64,000 bases of DNA from Chlamydiales bacterium (lineage in GTDB: Bacteria > Chlamydiota > Chlamydiia > Chlamydiales > JAAZZY01). The notes below the pieces were generated by a model that ran no database searches, had not been told where the DNA came from, and worked only from the letters and a program-made list of their open reading frames with translations. The translations under genes and the position numbers were made by a program. Below are positions 10,089 through 21,163 of this stretch, piece after piece. Location: positions 116,013 through 180,012 of the forward strand of contig CBDBKM010000003.1 in the NCBI GenBank assembly GCA_965206695.1. The letters are read 5' to 3'. Each line of letters starts with the position of its first letter. Position 1 is the first letter of the stretch.

Positions 10089-10947
10089 AAAAATTCCCTT
10101 TTTTCAAGCACTTCTTTGGATCTTCCTATCGATTATTATGGTGACGGGAACAACCATGATGGTGTCATATTATGTTCGCTATAAACAAATTCTAAAAAAA
10201 GAAAATCCATTCTATAATATAAAAGCTATTGTTCAAACAGGGCCTGTTAAAGAAGCTTTAAAAACGGTCTATTTAGCTGAAATTTTGGAGCTATCGGTAG
10301 ATCAACCTGTTAATCTTTATAGCTTCGATTTAAAAAAGGCAGAAGACACCTTATTGCAATGTCCTATTATTGAAAAGGCGTCTGTCCAACGTTGGCCACC
10401 TGATGCTCTCTATGTCGATTACACCCTTTTTTCTCCTATTGCTTTTTTAGCAGAGTATACGAATACGGCTTTAGATTCTCATGGTTATGCCTTTCCTATT
10501 CATCCCTTCTATACTCCTAAACGATTACCTGAGATTTACTGGGGGAGTAATAATAATTTGAATACAAGCGAAATTTGGGGACATTACTTTGTTGATGAGC
10601 GTATGGAATTAACTTTAGAAATTCTTGCTATTTTGAGCCAACCACAATATCGTGATATTTTTGTTATTCAAAGGATAGATGTATCTAAAAGTTTTGAAGA
10701 AAGCCCGGGTCGTAAAGAAATTGTTTTGATTGTTGAAGATTCTTTAGAAATCGATAATAAAATAATTACTTTGCCTTGTACTCTTCGATTAAGTCCCAAA
10801 AATTATCTTCAGGAATTAGGAAACTATTTAGCCTTACGTAAAGATTTTAAAAACAGAAAAAATATTTTAAAAATTGATGAAAATCTAAATGCGTCAAATC
10901 TTACTATCGATCTTAGGATCCCACAAGTAGCCTATATGTCCTACTAA
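10075..10947 (+). CDS. ftsQ: cell division protein FtsQ-like (POTRA domain)
   Basis: Single TM segment, VQRWPPDALYV and a C-terminal IDLR; follows murC/ddl. Confidence 0.75.
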   Translation: MHLNKKIPFFQALLWIFLSIIMVTGTTMMVSYYVRYKQILKKENPFYNIKAIVQTGPVKEALKTVYLAEILELSVDQPVNLYSFDLKKAEDTLLQCPIIEKASVQRWPPDALYVDYTLFSPIAFLAEYTNTALDSHGYAFPIHPFYTPKRLPEIYWGSNNNLNTSEIWGHYFVDERMELTLEILAILSQPQYRDIFVIQRIDVSKSFEESPGRKEIVLIVEDSLEIDNKIITLPCTLRLSPKNYLQELGNYLALRKDFKNRKNILKIDENLNASNLTIDLRIPQVAYMSY

Positions 10948-11068
10948 ACTCATTAATGTAAGAGATATCGGCTTTAAGCGGTTTTATAATTGGTGTCCTT
11001 AATGGGGGTACAATGCGTAAAGAGATGCGAAAGTCGTCGTAAGGATCGTAAACAATAAATTTTAATGA

Positions 11069-11103
11069 TCCCCCGGGGTTTTTAAAAGAATCCGGGAGTT
11101 TTT
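11069..11103 (+). terminator. probable intrinsic terminator after the dcw operon
   Basis: CCCGGGGTTT/GAATCCGGG stem followed by a T run. Confidence 0.6.
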
Positions 11104-11376
11104 GTGTGTATTTATTTTATAGTTTTAGGCTTTGCTAGTAGAATAGTCACGTATAGCTGTAGCGCTATAAATACCTGTTACACCTACTGCCACCCCTACA
11201 TACGGCCCATGCAACACTTTGAGCCTTTTCACTGATAGTTTTACTATTTGAGTAATCTTCAATTCCTTTTTTAACAAGATATGTAGCTGCTTCACCAACG
11301 GCTACAATCGCTCCAAGCCCTGAATATGATAAGCTTGCTTTTGTAGGCTCTTTATCTGGTGGTTTAATAGGCTTAT

Positions 11377-13144
11377 CCGACATTCCTAGACCGTAAGATA
11401 TTTTTTTTGAATTAGAATTATAGATTGCCTATCCTGTTACTTTTTATTTGATACAAGGAGAAAAGTTATGCCGGAAGTTGCAGGAGATAATATTCAAACA
11501 GTGAACATGGATCACCATGGATTAATTGCAGCACTTTGCAGCGATCTAAAAGTAGCGGAAAGGATTGATACCGGATTAAAAAATCATCCACAAAGAAAAG
11601 TAAGTGCGGGACAGGCAGTAATTGCAATGATTCTGAATGGATTAGGGTTTACTAATAGACGTCTCTACCTAACACATCAATTTTTTGCTTCTAAATCGAT
11701 AGAGAATTTACTTGGCAACGATCTTCGAGCAGAAGATCTCACAGATTATACTTTAGGTCATGCTTTGGATGATATTGCGAAATATGGGAGCAGTAAATTA
11801 TTTGCTGAAGTTTCTTTTGGAATAGCCCTAGACCATGATTTACTACAAAAAACGCATCATCTAGATACAACAAGCTTTTCCGTTCATGGGTCGTATGAAG
11901 TGAAAGATGATCCGCAAGTGATTGAGATTAAGCAGGGTTATTCTAAAGATCATAGACCTGATTTGAAACAAGTTGTACTTTCTCTCGTTACCAATGGTCC
12001 GAGTTCTATGCCTCTATGGATGGAAGCCTTAGACGGCAATAGTTCTGATAAAGCAAGTTTTCATGAGACGCTCAAAAAAATCAGTGAATTTCAACAACAG
12101 ATTGATGTAAAAACAAAGTTGAAGTGGGTTGCCGATTCAGCGTTATACACAAAAGAAAAGCTCTTAAAAAATAATGATTATAAATGGCTCACCCGAGTTC
12201 CCGAGATAATAGGAGAAGCAAAAAGATTAGTAGAAAAACCGGAAGAAGAAATTGATTGGATTGATCAGGAGAAAGGATATAAAACATGCAGCTTCACCTC
12301 TTTTTATGGAGGGATTAAACAAAGATGGCTTTTGGTTTTTTCAGAGCAAGCCTATCAGAGAGAGATAAAATCATTAGAAAAAAAATTGACCAAGGCAGAA
12401 GAAAAGCTCAAGAAACAACTTTGGCATTTGGGTAATGAGGAATTTAAATGCGAAAGTGATGCTAAAAAAGCTTGGGGCAGATTGACTAAAAAAAATCATT
12501 TATATTCCATGAATAGTGAGATATTGCCGATTCTAAAATATGGTAAATTAGGCAAACCTAAACAAGGAGAGGAAAAACAAGTTGTTGGATACAAGATTCA
12601 TGCTAGCTTTGAAAGGGAAGAAGAAGAAATTAATAAACTGATGAATAGAAAAGGACGGTTTATTTTAGCTGCGAATGACACCGATAGAGAAAATTATAAA
12701 GATGAGATGATGTTAGAAGAATATAAAGAACAGCAAAAGGTTGAAGGAGGGTTTCGCTTTTTAAAAGATCCTTGGTTTATGGTTGATTCTATTTTTTTAA
12801 AAACCCCTCGACGCATTGAAGCATTAATGATGGTTATGACATTGTGTTTAATGGTTTATAATATCGGACAATATCAACTTCGACAAAAATTGATAGAAAC
12901 AGAAGAGACATTACCCAACCAATTAGGAAAGGAAGTCAAAAATCCAACATTAAGATGGATTTTCCAAATTATGGAAGGTATCGGAATAATCCGTTTTTTT
13001 CAGAAGACTTCCCGGAGAATTTGTAAAGAAATGATCACAAATTTAACCCGTCTTCGGAAAAAGATTATTGTTTTGTTTGGAAAGACTGCAATGAGGATGT
13101 ATGGCTTAATTAGAAAAACTTGTTTAGAGGTCTAGGAATGTCGG
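11377..13144 (+). mobile_element. IS1634-family element, 1768 bp, copy 1
   Basis: Terminal IR CCGACATTCCTAGACC at both ends. Same 555-aa ORF as 25513-27180. No flanking TSD. Confidence 0.92.
11468..13135 (+). CDS. IS1634-family DDE transposase
   Basis: HLDTTSFSVHG, GYSKDHRPDLKQ, VADSALY and VEGGFRFLK motifs. Confidence 0.92.
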   Translation: MPEVAGDNIQTVNMDHHGLIAALCSDLKVAERIDTGLKNHPQRKVSAGQAVIAMILNGLGFTNRRLYLTHQFFASKSIENLLGNDLRAEDLTDYTLGHALDDIAKYGSSKLFAEVSFGIALDHDLLQKTHHLDTTSFSVHGSYEVKDDPQVIEIKQGYSKDHRPDLKQVVLSLVTNGPSSMPLWMEALDGNSSDKASFHETLKKISEFQQQIDVKTKLKWVADSALYTKEKLLKNNDYKWLTRVPEIIGEAKRLVEKPEEEIDWIDQEKGYKTCSFTSFYGGIKQRWLLVFSEQAYQREIKSLEKKLTKAEEKLKKQLWHLGNEEFKCESDAKKAWGRLTKKNHLYSMNSEILPILKYGKLGKPKQGEEKQVVGYKIHASFEREEEEINKLMNRKGRFILAANDTDRENYKDEMMLEEYKEQQKVEGGFRFLKDPWFMVDSIFLKTPRRIEALMMVMTLCLMVYNIGQYQLRQKLIETEETLPNQLGKEVKNPTLRWIFQIMEGIGIIRFFQKTSRRICKEMITNLTRLRKKIIVLFGKTAMRMYGLIRKTCLEV

Positions 13145-13998
13145 TTAAAACCATGTAAAAGACTTTTTAATATTTTAACGCATTCAGTAGCCGGTAATAA
13201 TAGGGTATTTAACCCAAGTATTTTCAAATGATTTCGATAAAAATAGAGAAGATCAAAAGAAAAGGTTGGGGGAGTTGCCGGGTTGGCGATGACAATCATT
13301 GAGCCGTTCATAGCGAGTATTTATAAGGCTTGTTCAAAAACAGAGCCTCCAATTGAATTGAGCACTAGATCAAATGGCTTTTTATCTATAAATTTTTTTT
13401 TGAAACTTAAGCTGTTTATATTAACAACTTGATAACCCTCCTTTCTCAAGGCCTTAGCTTTATTATTATCCCGAACACCGCCTATAGGGTGAGCCTTTTT
13501 CCATTTAGCTATTTGCATCGCAGCTTTTCCCACCAGTCCATTAGCGCCATAGATAAAAACATGATCCCCTTTTTTTATATTTCCGACTTGTACTAAAGCC
13601 GCAAAAGCTGCTGTAAATGGCACGCCAACAGAAGCAGCCTCTTCTTCACTTAAAAAAGATGGTTTTAGAATAAATTCATTTTCGGCAAGTAAAAGATATT
13701 CAGCATGAGAACCGTGTCTTTCGAAGCCCAAATCACCACCTGTTCCAAAGACTTTTTCCCCTATTAAATGCTGAGGACCCTTTACGACTATTCCGGAAAA
13801 GTCACTACCCGGAACCATAGGAAGATGAACATGTGGCATCATCCCTGTTGCTAGTTTAGGATCTCGTTTATTTACGCTTGAATAGGCAATTTGGATTAAA
13901 CACGTACGTTTTTTTAATCCGGGAGAGGGGATATGATGAAGAGCAAGATTTTTTTTATTTAAAGAAGATGAAAATTTGGTAATTTGAAGAGCTTGCAT
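13145..13998 (-). pseudogene. zinc-binding dehydrogenase / quinone oxidoreductase family, with a premature stop and a 3' end truncated by IS1634
   Basis: PGSDFSG, GSHAEY and GANGLVG motifs. The frame continues after the TAA at 13321 up to the IS end. Confidence 0.8.
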
Positions 13999-14114
13999 GA
14001 TCTTTTAAAAGGTGGTTTTCACTTTTTTAAAGTATTTTTTAAATGATGCAAAATATTTTTAGTAGGCTTTTGATTAGTATAATGCAAGCTATAAAAAACC
14101 GAATACACTTTGAT

Positions 14115-14841
14115 TAGAGTAGTTTAAATTATAAATTTTATCAACAACTCGTTCATTATTAATCCGATAGAATAGCGAATGCATGGTTAGTAGCATCGGC
14201 CGGCCCTATCCTTCTGATTGCTTCCGGTAACCTCCGGATTGTTTTTTTCAAATGTGCCCAAAATCGCTCAATAGGATTCAGATCCGGTGAATAAGCCGGA
14301 AGAAAGAAAATCCGACAGCCTGCTTCTTATATAAGCCTTTTCGTGTCCTGCGATAACAAAAAGGTGATAGAATTTGAGCATTTCTTTGTGTTGCAATAAA
14401 ACTTTCTCTTGCATATCTCATACCGGATACCGCTCCATATACTTGAGCTCCCTTTAAGGCTCTTGCACGCTCCTTGCTCTGATATCTATTGATTTCACTT
14501 TCATCGAGGTAGGCCGCGATCTTTTTCATTATCTGTTTGATTTCTTCAATACATTCTCTTCTTGTTTTATCATCCCGTTCTTTGTAGTACGGTGTCTTTT
14601 TTTAGAGAAATTTTGAGCCTCTTACAGGCATAGACAACGGTTTGGAGAGTTCTTTCGTGGTTTGGGAGCTAAGCAATTTTGCCGCTTCCTGCGCATCCGG
14701 TGCGCTAATGTACGTAATGTAATCCCGAAAGCCTCTGCAACCTTATCGAGATATTTGAGAGCTGTGTTTCTTAAATCAAGTGAGCAAGCCCTTCGTGCAT
14801 GATACATCATCATAATGAAAAACAACATTTAATTCACTATG
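14115..14841 (-). mobile_element. degenerate two-ORF IS630-family element
   Basis: SLDLRN, YLDES and PAYSPDLNPIE fragments; end ATAGTGAATTAAA as at 21878. Left boundary is approximate. Confidence 0.75.
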
Positions 14842-14915
14842 ATATCCAAAATCCAAAAACAAATAAACGCTTTCATTTCAATGCTAAAGCAAAGGGTTTT
14901 CTCGCTTATATTGTC
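14842..14915 (-). mobile_element. solitary IS200/IS605 left end that supplies the ribH stop codon
   Basis: Minus strand reads TTAT|GACAATATAAGCGAGAAAACCCTTTGCTTTAGCATTG, matching the other left ends. Confidence 0.85.
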
Positions 14916-15364
14916 ATAAGATTGACCATTTCAATAGCACCTAATGCACAGTCATATCCTTTATTCGTATTTTTCGAATCAGAACGCTCGAAAGCTTGCT
15001 GTGCATTATCACAGGTAAGTACTCCAAAAAGTATCGGAATATCAAAATCCAGATTTAGTTTAGCTATCGAGTCTGAGACTTGTGAACAGACATAATCAAA
15101 ATGAGAAGTAGCTCCTTTAATAACAGCTCCTAGACAAATGATGGAATTAAACGTCTTACTAATGGCCAGTTTTTTTGTCACTATGGGTATTTCACAGGCT
15201 CCCGGAACATGCACTACTGTGATATCTTCACTTTTAACACCCAGAGATTTTAAACCATATAGTGCACCTTCGAGCAGTCTTTTGGTAATCACTTCATTAA
15301 AACGGCTCACTACAATAGCAATGGAAATATCATCTACTTGATGATCCCCTTTGTATTCTTTCAC
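14906..15364 (-). CDS. ribH: 6,7-dimethyl-8-ribityllumazine synthase
   Basis: VVSRFN, VPGACEIP, LGAVIKGATSHFDYV and NKG motifs. Confidence 0.96.
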   Translation of the reverse strand: MKEYKGDHQVDDISIAIVVSRFNEVITKRLLEGALYGLKSLGVKSEDITVVHVPGACEIPIVTKKLAISKTFNSIICLGAVIKGATSHFDYVCSQVSDSIAKLNLDFDIPILFGVLTCDNAQQAFERSDSKNTNKGYDCALGAIEMVNLMTI

Positions 15365-16578
15365 TATTTTTCTCCTTGTATTTCAAGTATATGACCCATT
15401 TTCATCTTCTTGGTTAAAAGATACCGGATATTTTCTTTATTAGGATTAGATATAAGAGGTACTCTTTTAGTTATCTTAAGGCTATAGCCTTCTAATCCAC
15501 TATATTTAGAAGGATTATTTGTCATAAGACGTATGGTGCTTATTCCTAAGTCAACCAATATTTGAGCTCCTATGCCGTATTCTCTTGAGTCTACTTGAAA
15601 CCCTAATTCAATATTCGCTTCTACGGTATCTCTACCTTGATCCTGTAGATTATAAGCGCGTAGTTTGTGTTTCAATCCAATACCTCGCCCTTCATGACCT
15701 CTTAGATAAATAACAATTCCCACTCCTTCTTCAGCGATCTTTTCCAAAGCATGTTCTAACTGAGCGCCACAATCGCATCTAATCGAACCAAAAATATCTC
15801 CGGTAATACATTCTGAATGAACTCTTACCAAAACATTTTCCTTCTCAGTAATATCTCCTTTAACAAGAGCGACATGCTGAACACCATCCAATATAGAGCT
15901 ATAAGCATGAGCAGTAAAATCACCAAATTTTGTAGGGATTCTTGCTGAGGAAGATAATTCTACTAACTTTTCTGATTGCCTTCGATATTTGACTAAATCA
16001 GCTATGGATATCATTTTAAGTTGATGTTTTTCAGAAAAAGCTTGTAAATCCTCAAATCGAGCCATCGACCCATCTTCTTTCACTATTTCACATAACACTC
16101 CGGCCGGTCTTAGACCGGCTAATTTCGCTAAATCTACAGCGGCTTCGGTATGACCTGCTCTTTTTAATACGCCACCATTTCGATATCTTAAAGGAAAGAT
16201 ATGACCGGGACGCAATAGGTCATTGGATTGAGTATCGGGATTCGCTAAAGCTTTTATTGTCTTAGCCCGATCGCTTGCTGAAATACCGGTTGTTGTTCCA
16301 TATTTAAAATCCACAGAAATTGTAAACGCTGTATCATGCCTCTCCGTACTATCTGAGACCATTAATGGCAGACGCAAACGATCTAAATCTTCACCTAAAA
16401 GAGGTACGCAAATAACCCCGCTAGTATGTTTAACCATAAAAGCAATTGATTCGTCTGTTACAGTCTCTGCAGCAAGGATTAAATCCCCCTCATTTTCTCG
16501 ATCGGCATCATCTACTACTACAACAAGTCTACCTTGCCGGATCTCTTTTATTGCTTCTTCGATACTAGAAAATGTCAT
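15364..16578 (-). CDS. ribBA: bifunctional DHBP synthase / GTP cyclohydrolase II
   Basis: DRENEGD, RAGHTEA, RVHSECITGD and HEGRGIG motifs. Confidence 0.97.
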   Translation of the reverse strand: MTFSSIEEAIKEIRQGRLVVVVDDADRENEGDLILAAETVTDESIAFMVKHTSGVICVPLLGEDLDRLRLPLMVSDSTERHDTAFTISVDFKYGTTTGISASDRAKTIKALANPDTQSNDLLRPGHIFPLRYRNGGVLKRAGHTEAAVDLAKLAGLRPAGVLCEIVKEDGSMARFEDLQAFSEKHQLKMISIADLVKYRRQSEKLVELSSSARIPTKFGDFTAHAYSSILDGVQHVALVKGDITEKENVLVRVHSECITGDIFGSIRCDCGAQLEHALEKIAEEGVGIVIYLRGHEGRGIGLKHKLRAYNLQDQGRDTVEANIELGFQVDSREYGIGAQILVDLGISTIRLMTNNPSKYSGLEGYSLKITKRVPLISNPNKENIRYLLTKKMKMGHILEIQGEK

Positions 16579-16579
16579 C

Positions 16580-17188
16580 CTATACTCTTACTTGATTTCT
16601 GAAATGTTCCAAACGCTCTACATATTTTGCAATAAGATCTACTTCAATATTGACAGTATCTCCTACACCGCTTTCTCCTAAAGAAGTTCTTTTATTAGTT
16701 AAAGGGATAATAGCGATCGAAATACTCGATGGGTTTACAGACATAATTGTTAAACTTATTCCATCAATTGCAACTGACCCTTTATGAACCATATAACGCA
16801 ATAAATTTTCCGGAATAAGAATCTTTATTTCCTTTGATCCGTCGCTTAATTTTTCAATTCCCTTTATCGTCCCTACGCCATCAATATGTCCTTGAACAAG
16901 GTGACCATCTATTCGTCCATTAAAGGCTAGAGGCCTTTCTAAATTCACAGAAGCCTTAAAAATAAGTGTTTTTAAATTCGTTAAGCGAAGAGTTTCTTCT
17001 ACCACATCAAAAGAAGCAAGATTATCTTTTAACTCAACCAAACTTAAACAAACTCCATTTACAGCAAAAGAGGCTCCAATAACCGCTTCTTTAAAAATAG
17101 TCTTAGCCTCAATAAGAATCCTGGCACCATCTATCAACTTGTCAACTTGATGAATAATCCCTTTTTCTTCGATAATCCCCGTAAACAT
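16580..17188 (-). CDS. ribE: riboflavin synthase alpha chain
   Basis: MFTGII start; GHLVQGHIDG and VNIEVD motifs. Confidence 0.96.
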   Translation of the reverse strand: MFTGIIEEKGIIHQVDKLIDGARILIEAKTIFKEAVIGASFAVNGVCLSLVELKDNLASFDVVEETLRLTNLKTLIFKASVNLERPLAFNGRIDGHLVQGHIDGVGTIKGIEKLSDGSKEIKILIPENLLRYMVHKGSVAIDGISLTIMSVNPSSISIAIIPLTNKRTSLGESGVGDTVNIEVDLIAKYVERLEHFRNQVRV

Positions 17189-18325
17189 TTAATTCCTCTT
17201 TATAATCTCGTAATCCAAACGAATATCCTGATCAAATTGTTTTGATTTAAGAAGCCTTAGTCGTTTTGCATCAATAATGTCCTCTAGATGTAAATCTGAA
17301 AAAAGAGGTAGCCCGCTATCGCCTAATAAACATGCCGCTTTATACAGAATCAAACGATCTACTAATCCATATCTCAAGAAACTACTAAACATTTTACTAC
17401 CCCCTTCAACCATCACCTGTATGATATCTCTTTTTGCCAGCTCTTGAAGTAATGCTTTTAAATCTATAAATAAGGATGCATCTATTGGTAATTGTATCAC
17501 TTCAACACCTATCTCTGAAAAAGAGTGAAGCCATTCATCAGATGCTTGACTACCCGTTACCAATAAAGTCGGTGTCCGCTTGCTCCGGAAAACCTCATCA
17601 TAAGGAACCATTATCTGTGATGAGTCTAAAATCACCCTTAGCGGTTGGTTGAAATAGGGTAAATCTACATCTCTTACAGTTAAAGAAGGTTGATCTTTAA
17701 AGGCCGTATGGGCCCCTACTATAACAGCTTGAGATGCCGCTCTTAGAAGGTGAACATCTTTTCTGGCTGACTTACCCGTTATCCAAAATGAAGATCCGTT
17801 TTGGGTCGCGATTTTTCCATCTAAACTCACTGCTGCTTTTAATAAGCAAAAAGGTCTATTTTTCTTTCGGTGGTGTAGATAAGGACATAAGGATTCTTTG
17901 ACCTCATCTTCTAATACACCCACATCTACTTGAATACCGGCTTTTTGCAAGACTTCAATGCCTTTTCCGGACACTCTTGGATCAGGGTCTTTCACAGCAA
18001 TAACGGCTCTTTTTACTTTAGCTTTTATCAAAGCTTCGGTACAAGGAGGCGTTCTTCCCTGACAAGGACAGGGCTCTAATGTCACATATACAGTAGCTCC
18101 TTCAGCCTTACCTTGAGCTTGATTCAAAGCTTCTATTTCAGCATGGTTTTTACCCGGCAAATTAGTATAGCCTTCTGCAACAACAAATCCTTGATTCACA
18201 ATAAGGCAACCCACCCAAGGGTTAGGAGGAGCGAGATAACGAGCTTGGTTACTTATTTCTAAAGCCCTTCGCATCATTAAGTTATCATGCAGCGTACTTG
18301 GCATATTAGTCTCAAATTTTTCCAT
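17189..18325 (-). CDS. ribD: riboflavin deaminase/reductase
   Basis: PNPWVG, HAE, TLEPC..TPPC, SLDGKIA and VEGG motifs. Confidence 0.96.
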   Translation of the reverse strand: MEKFETNMPSTLHDNLMMRRALEISNQARYLAPPNPWVGCLIVNQGFVVAEGYTNLPGKNHAEIEALNQAQGKAEGATVYVTLEPCPCQGRTPPCTEALIKAKVKRAVIAVKDPDPRVSGKGIEVLQKAGIQVDVGVLEDEVKESLCPYLHHRKKNRPFCLLKAAVSLDGKIATQNGSSFWITGKSARKDVHLLRAASQAVIVGAHTAFKDQPSLTVRDVDLPYFNQPLRVILDSSQIMVPYDEVFRSKRTPTLLVTGSQASDEWLHSFSEIGVEVIQLPIDASLFIDLKALLQELAKRDIIQVMVEGGSKMFSSFLRYGLVDRLILYKAACLLGDSGLPLFSDLHLEDIIDAKRLRLLKSKQFDQDIRLDYEIIKRN

Positions 18326-19008
18326 AAATTAAGATAAGAAGCTTACGTAATTGATTAGACCGGTTGCGTAATAAAAGTTGTATCAGTTTAACTCGTTTTA
18401 AAAGTTCTTTAATCATCTGCTTGCCTCTGTAGTGTCCTAAAAAACTTATTAGAAACCACTAAAAATTTAAGTCGCAACAAGTCTATTGATCGATTATATA
18501 AGTAAGATGATTTGCTTCTCAACTTATTATTAGCAATGCTTAAATTAAGTATGGTCTTATCAAAGTTAATTTATGACTTCTTAGCTTGATAAACTCTTAC
18601 TTATTATACACAATATGTTTATTATGAACAACTTAATTACTTAACTTTTTGCCGGTTTTCGGATATTATTTAATATGGAAGCTAATCTGGTGAGCTTATA
18701 TTATCCTTTAAAAAGGAGTTTAATGTGTCAGATTTTTCAATCAATCCTTCAATATATAACCCCTATTTTAATTCGACAGACCAACTGTCAACCAAGGATC
18801 AAGCCTATACCGGGACTGTTTCGTTCTGTTAAAATTTTAAGAAATGAGTTAATATAAGAGTCATTTTTTTGAAGGATATAGTTATGCACCGGGTAAAGAT
18901 GATAAGTTTGGAAGATATAATTTCCGAAACCCATAATTATCGTAAATTTGATCAAGTGTGTTCTTTTAAATCCGTAAAAAAAGATTGAAAAAATCAGAAA
19001 AGGATAAG

Positions 19009-19586
19009 GCCTTTTCAACATCGAAGTGCAAGAAATAGGAGAAAATCGAAAATGGCTAAATGATGGCAAAATATCTATAGTAAATTTTTTATAAAAGACA
19101 AAACTATGGAGGATTTTTTATGCCTAAAGGCTACCGATATTTAATCTATGAACTAAAGATGCGAAATTTCAATATTAAAGCAAAGAGGAGATACGGCTCG
19201 TTGTATAGCAAATGAAATCCAAGTTGACATATCTGCAGTCTACCGAGCAGTAAAAAGGAATAGCTTTGAAAATAGGTATATTCATTATAAATGAAAAATA
19301 AGTTTAGACAATCAGTGGGTTTTAAAAAATATTATCAAGTCAGTTATGCAGAAGTCTTGATAGGAGATTTTGAATGAGCATATTAATGGATTGGTAAGAC
19401 AGTACCTGCTTTAAAAAAACGGATTTGTTACAAGTAGCGGATGAGGAGACAAAAAGGATAGAAGATTTATTAAATAACAGACCAAGAAAAAGTTTAAATT
19501 TTAAAACACCTATAGAAGTTTTCAATCAAAGAAAATTGAGTGATAATGCAGTATCTATTTGTTGCACTTCAACAGTTGAAAAGGCA
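19009..19586 (+). mobile_element. internally deleted IS30-family element
   Basis: IRs GCCTTTTCAAC..GAAGTGCAA at both ends. Frameshifted N-terminus (MPKGY..VKRNS) and C-terminus (NGLVRQY..LNNRPRKSLNFKTP). Confidence 0.8.
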
Positions 19587-19606
19587 TAGGTTCTATATCC
19601 ATAATG

Positions 19607-21163
19607 TTAAGCTCTTAATATAATCGTAGCTCCTAAGGGTAGATGATCAGAACGATGAGCAGCATTAGGTAGAAGGGGTAAAATATCGAGAGGCTTATTG
19701 TCAAAGCCAAGGTGTAGATCCTGCACAAGGGGGTGGTGGTGATCTGTTGTCGCTTTCAGATAAATAAGAAAATCCTCTTCATCAGCTACGCGTTTACCCG
19801 CTTTATGGTGTTGTACGGTTGCCATACGTTTTTTTATGGTTGTTGGTCCTAAAGAGCCTGTTTCCAGCCCTTTTTCTTCCAGTAAAGCTTTAAGAGCTTC
19901 TACATCTTGTTTCTTTTTGGTATTGGCATCGATACCTATAAGTAAGCGGAGCTTTTCGTAACCTTGCCTACATCTGTTTTCATGATATTTTTCTACAATC
20001 AACGAGATCTGATCTCTGCCGTCTTCGGCATCATTAGAGCTGCCGTGTCCTGTTGCTAAGAGAAACTGTTCTTTGGTCTCTTGATGTGTCGCGATGATAA
20101 GGTTGAGAGTCCCTTTTTCCCGATGCGAATAAGCCTCTATATTAATCAGCTCGTACTCTTTTTCCCATACATCTTTCTTTAAAAAGATAAGGGTGCCATC
20201 ACTCTTGTTTTGCTTGTCTATAGGATGAAAGTCTGTTTCTAAAGCCTTCATAAGCAGAGCATCTGCTTCTTGAGTAAAAAAGAGAGAGGTATTAGAACGT
20301 AAAAGGTCATTTTTTAGTTGCAGAGCTTTGTCTTGAGCATTGCCTATCGTTTCAGCAAAAATTTCCTTAACCCTGTTCACCTCGGAAATCAGTTTGTTAT
20401 CTTGAGCGATAAGGTGAAGGTTAAGGCTTTGATATATAGCATAAGCAACAAGCTGACCAAAAGAAGTGCAAAACGGTTCTAACTCTTCAAGCTTAGCTTC
20501 ACTATCGAGAAGGAGCAAGTCGGTAAGTGGCATGCGATACAGCATGTTTTTAAGAACACTCTCTTTTTTTGTAAAAGGTAGATGTGAGGGTAGCAGCAAT
20601 TTATTAAAAAGATCTTTTTTTAATTGATAAGAAGTTGTCCCCTCTTGCAGGGAAGTTGTGGAACCTACGATAGGTAGATCAAAAAAGGTGAACATCTTGA
20701 GGTTCTTCTCAATATTTGTAAAAAGGTTGGCGATAGAACTTCTCAAAAACTTAAAACATGCCTGCCGGCTGTGCTTGGTGATGAATGCTTTGATTTTCTG
20801 ATAATCGGCACCCGCATCGGTAAAATGTTCCTGTTGTATGCGATGAAGATAATCTAGAAGATCGGAGTCTATAACATCTTGTAATGTCGGTTTCTGTTGA
20901 TCATGACGTTGGGCAAGCAGCAGCATCGTTCGGCGGTAGCTGTCAATTTGAGATTTATTATCTGTTGCTTTCAAAAGAGAGATCTCTGTATCACTCAGTT
21001 CCTTGGTATATTGTTCTTGAGCAACAAGGAGATGGAAAACTTTCTCTCTAATACAGTTGAGCTTGCAAGTAGCATCTAAAGCATTATAATCGCCTTCAAA
21101 TTCAAAAGGATCATTACAGATACCGCCATAATTTTCTGTATAAACATTGATCATAGTTGACAT
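19607..21163 (-). CDS. exonuclease/endonuclease/phosphatase (EEP) superfamily protein with a large helical insert
   Basis: FFTQEAD, IGIDANT, EDFLIY and SDHLPL motifs in EEP order. Confidence 0.7.
   Translation of the reverse strand: MSTMINVYTENYGGICNDPFEFEGDYNALDATCKLNCIREKVFHLLVAQEQYTKELSDTEISLLKATDNKSQIDSYRRTMLLLAQRHDQQKPTLQDVIDSDLLDYLHRIQQEHFTDAGADYQKIKAFITKHSRQACFKFLRSSIANLFTNIEKNLKMFTFFDLPIVGSTTSLQEGTTSYQLKKDLFNKLLLPSHLPFTKKESVLKNMLYRMPLTDLLLLDSEAKLEELEPFCTSFGQLVAYAIYQSLNLHLIAQDNKLISEVNRVKEIFAETIGNAQDKALQLKNDLLRSNTSLFFTQEADALLMKALETDFHPIDKQNKSDGTLIFLKKDVWEKEYELINIEAYSHREKGTLNLIIATHQETKEQFLLATGHGSSNDAEDGRDQISLIVEKYHENRCRQGYEKLRLLIGIDANTKKKQDVEALKALLEEKGLETGSLGPTTIKKRMATVQHHKAGKRVADEEDFLIYLKATTDHHHPLVQDLHLGFDNKPLDILPLLPNAAHRSDHLPLGATIILRA

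Noticed and set aside
11165..11383. 72-aa ORF as a complete gene
   Set aside because: Its ATG lies inside the IS1634 inverted repeat, so it is a truncated gene remnant.
18326..18670. FMN riboswitch upstream of the rib operon
   Set aside because: No RFN consensus motifs are visible on the minus strand; the region is AT-rich.
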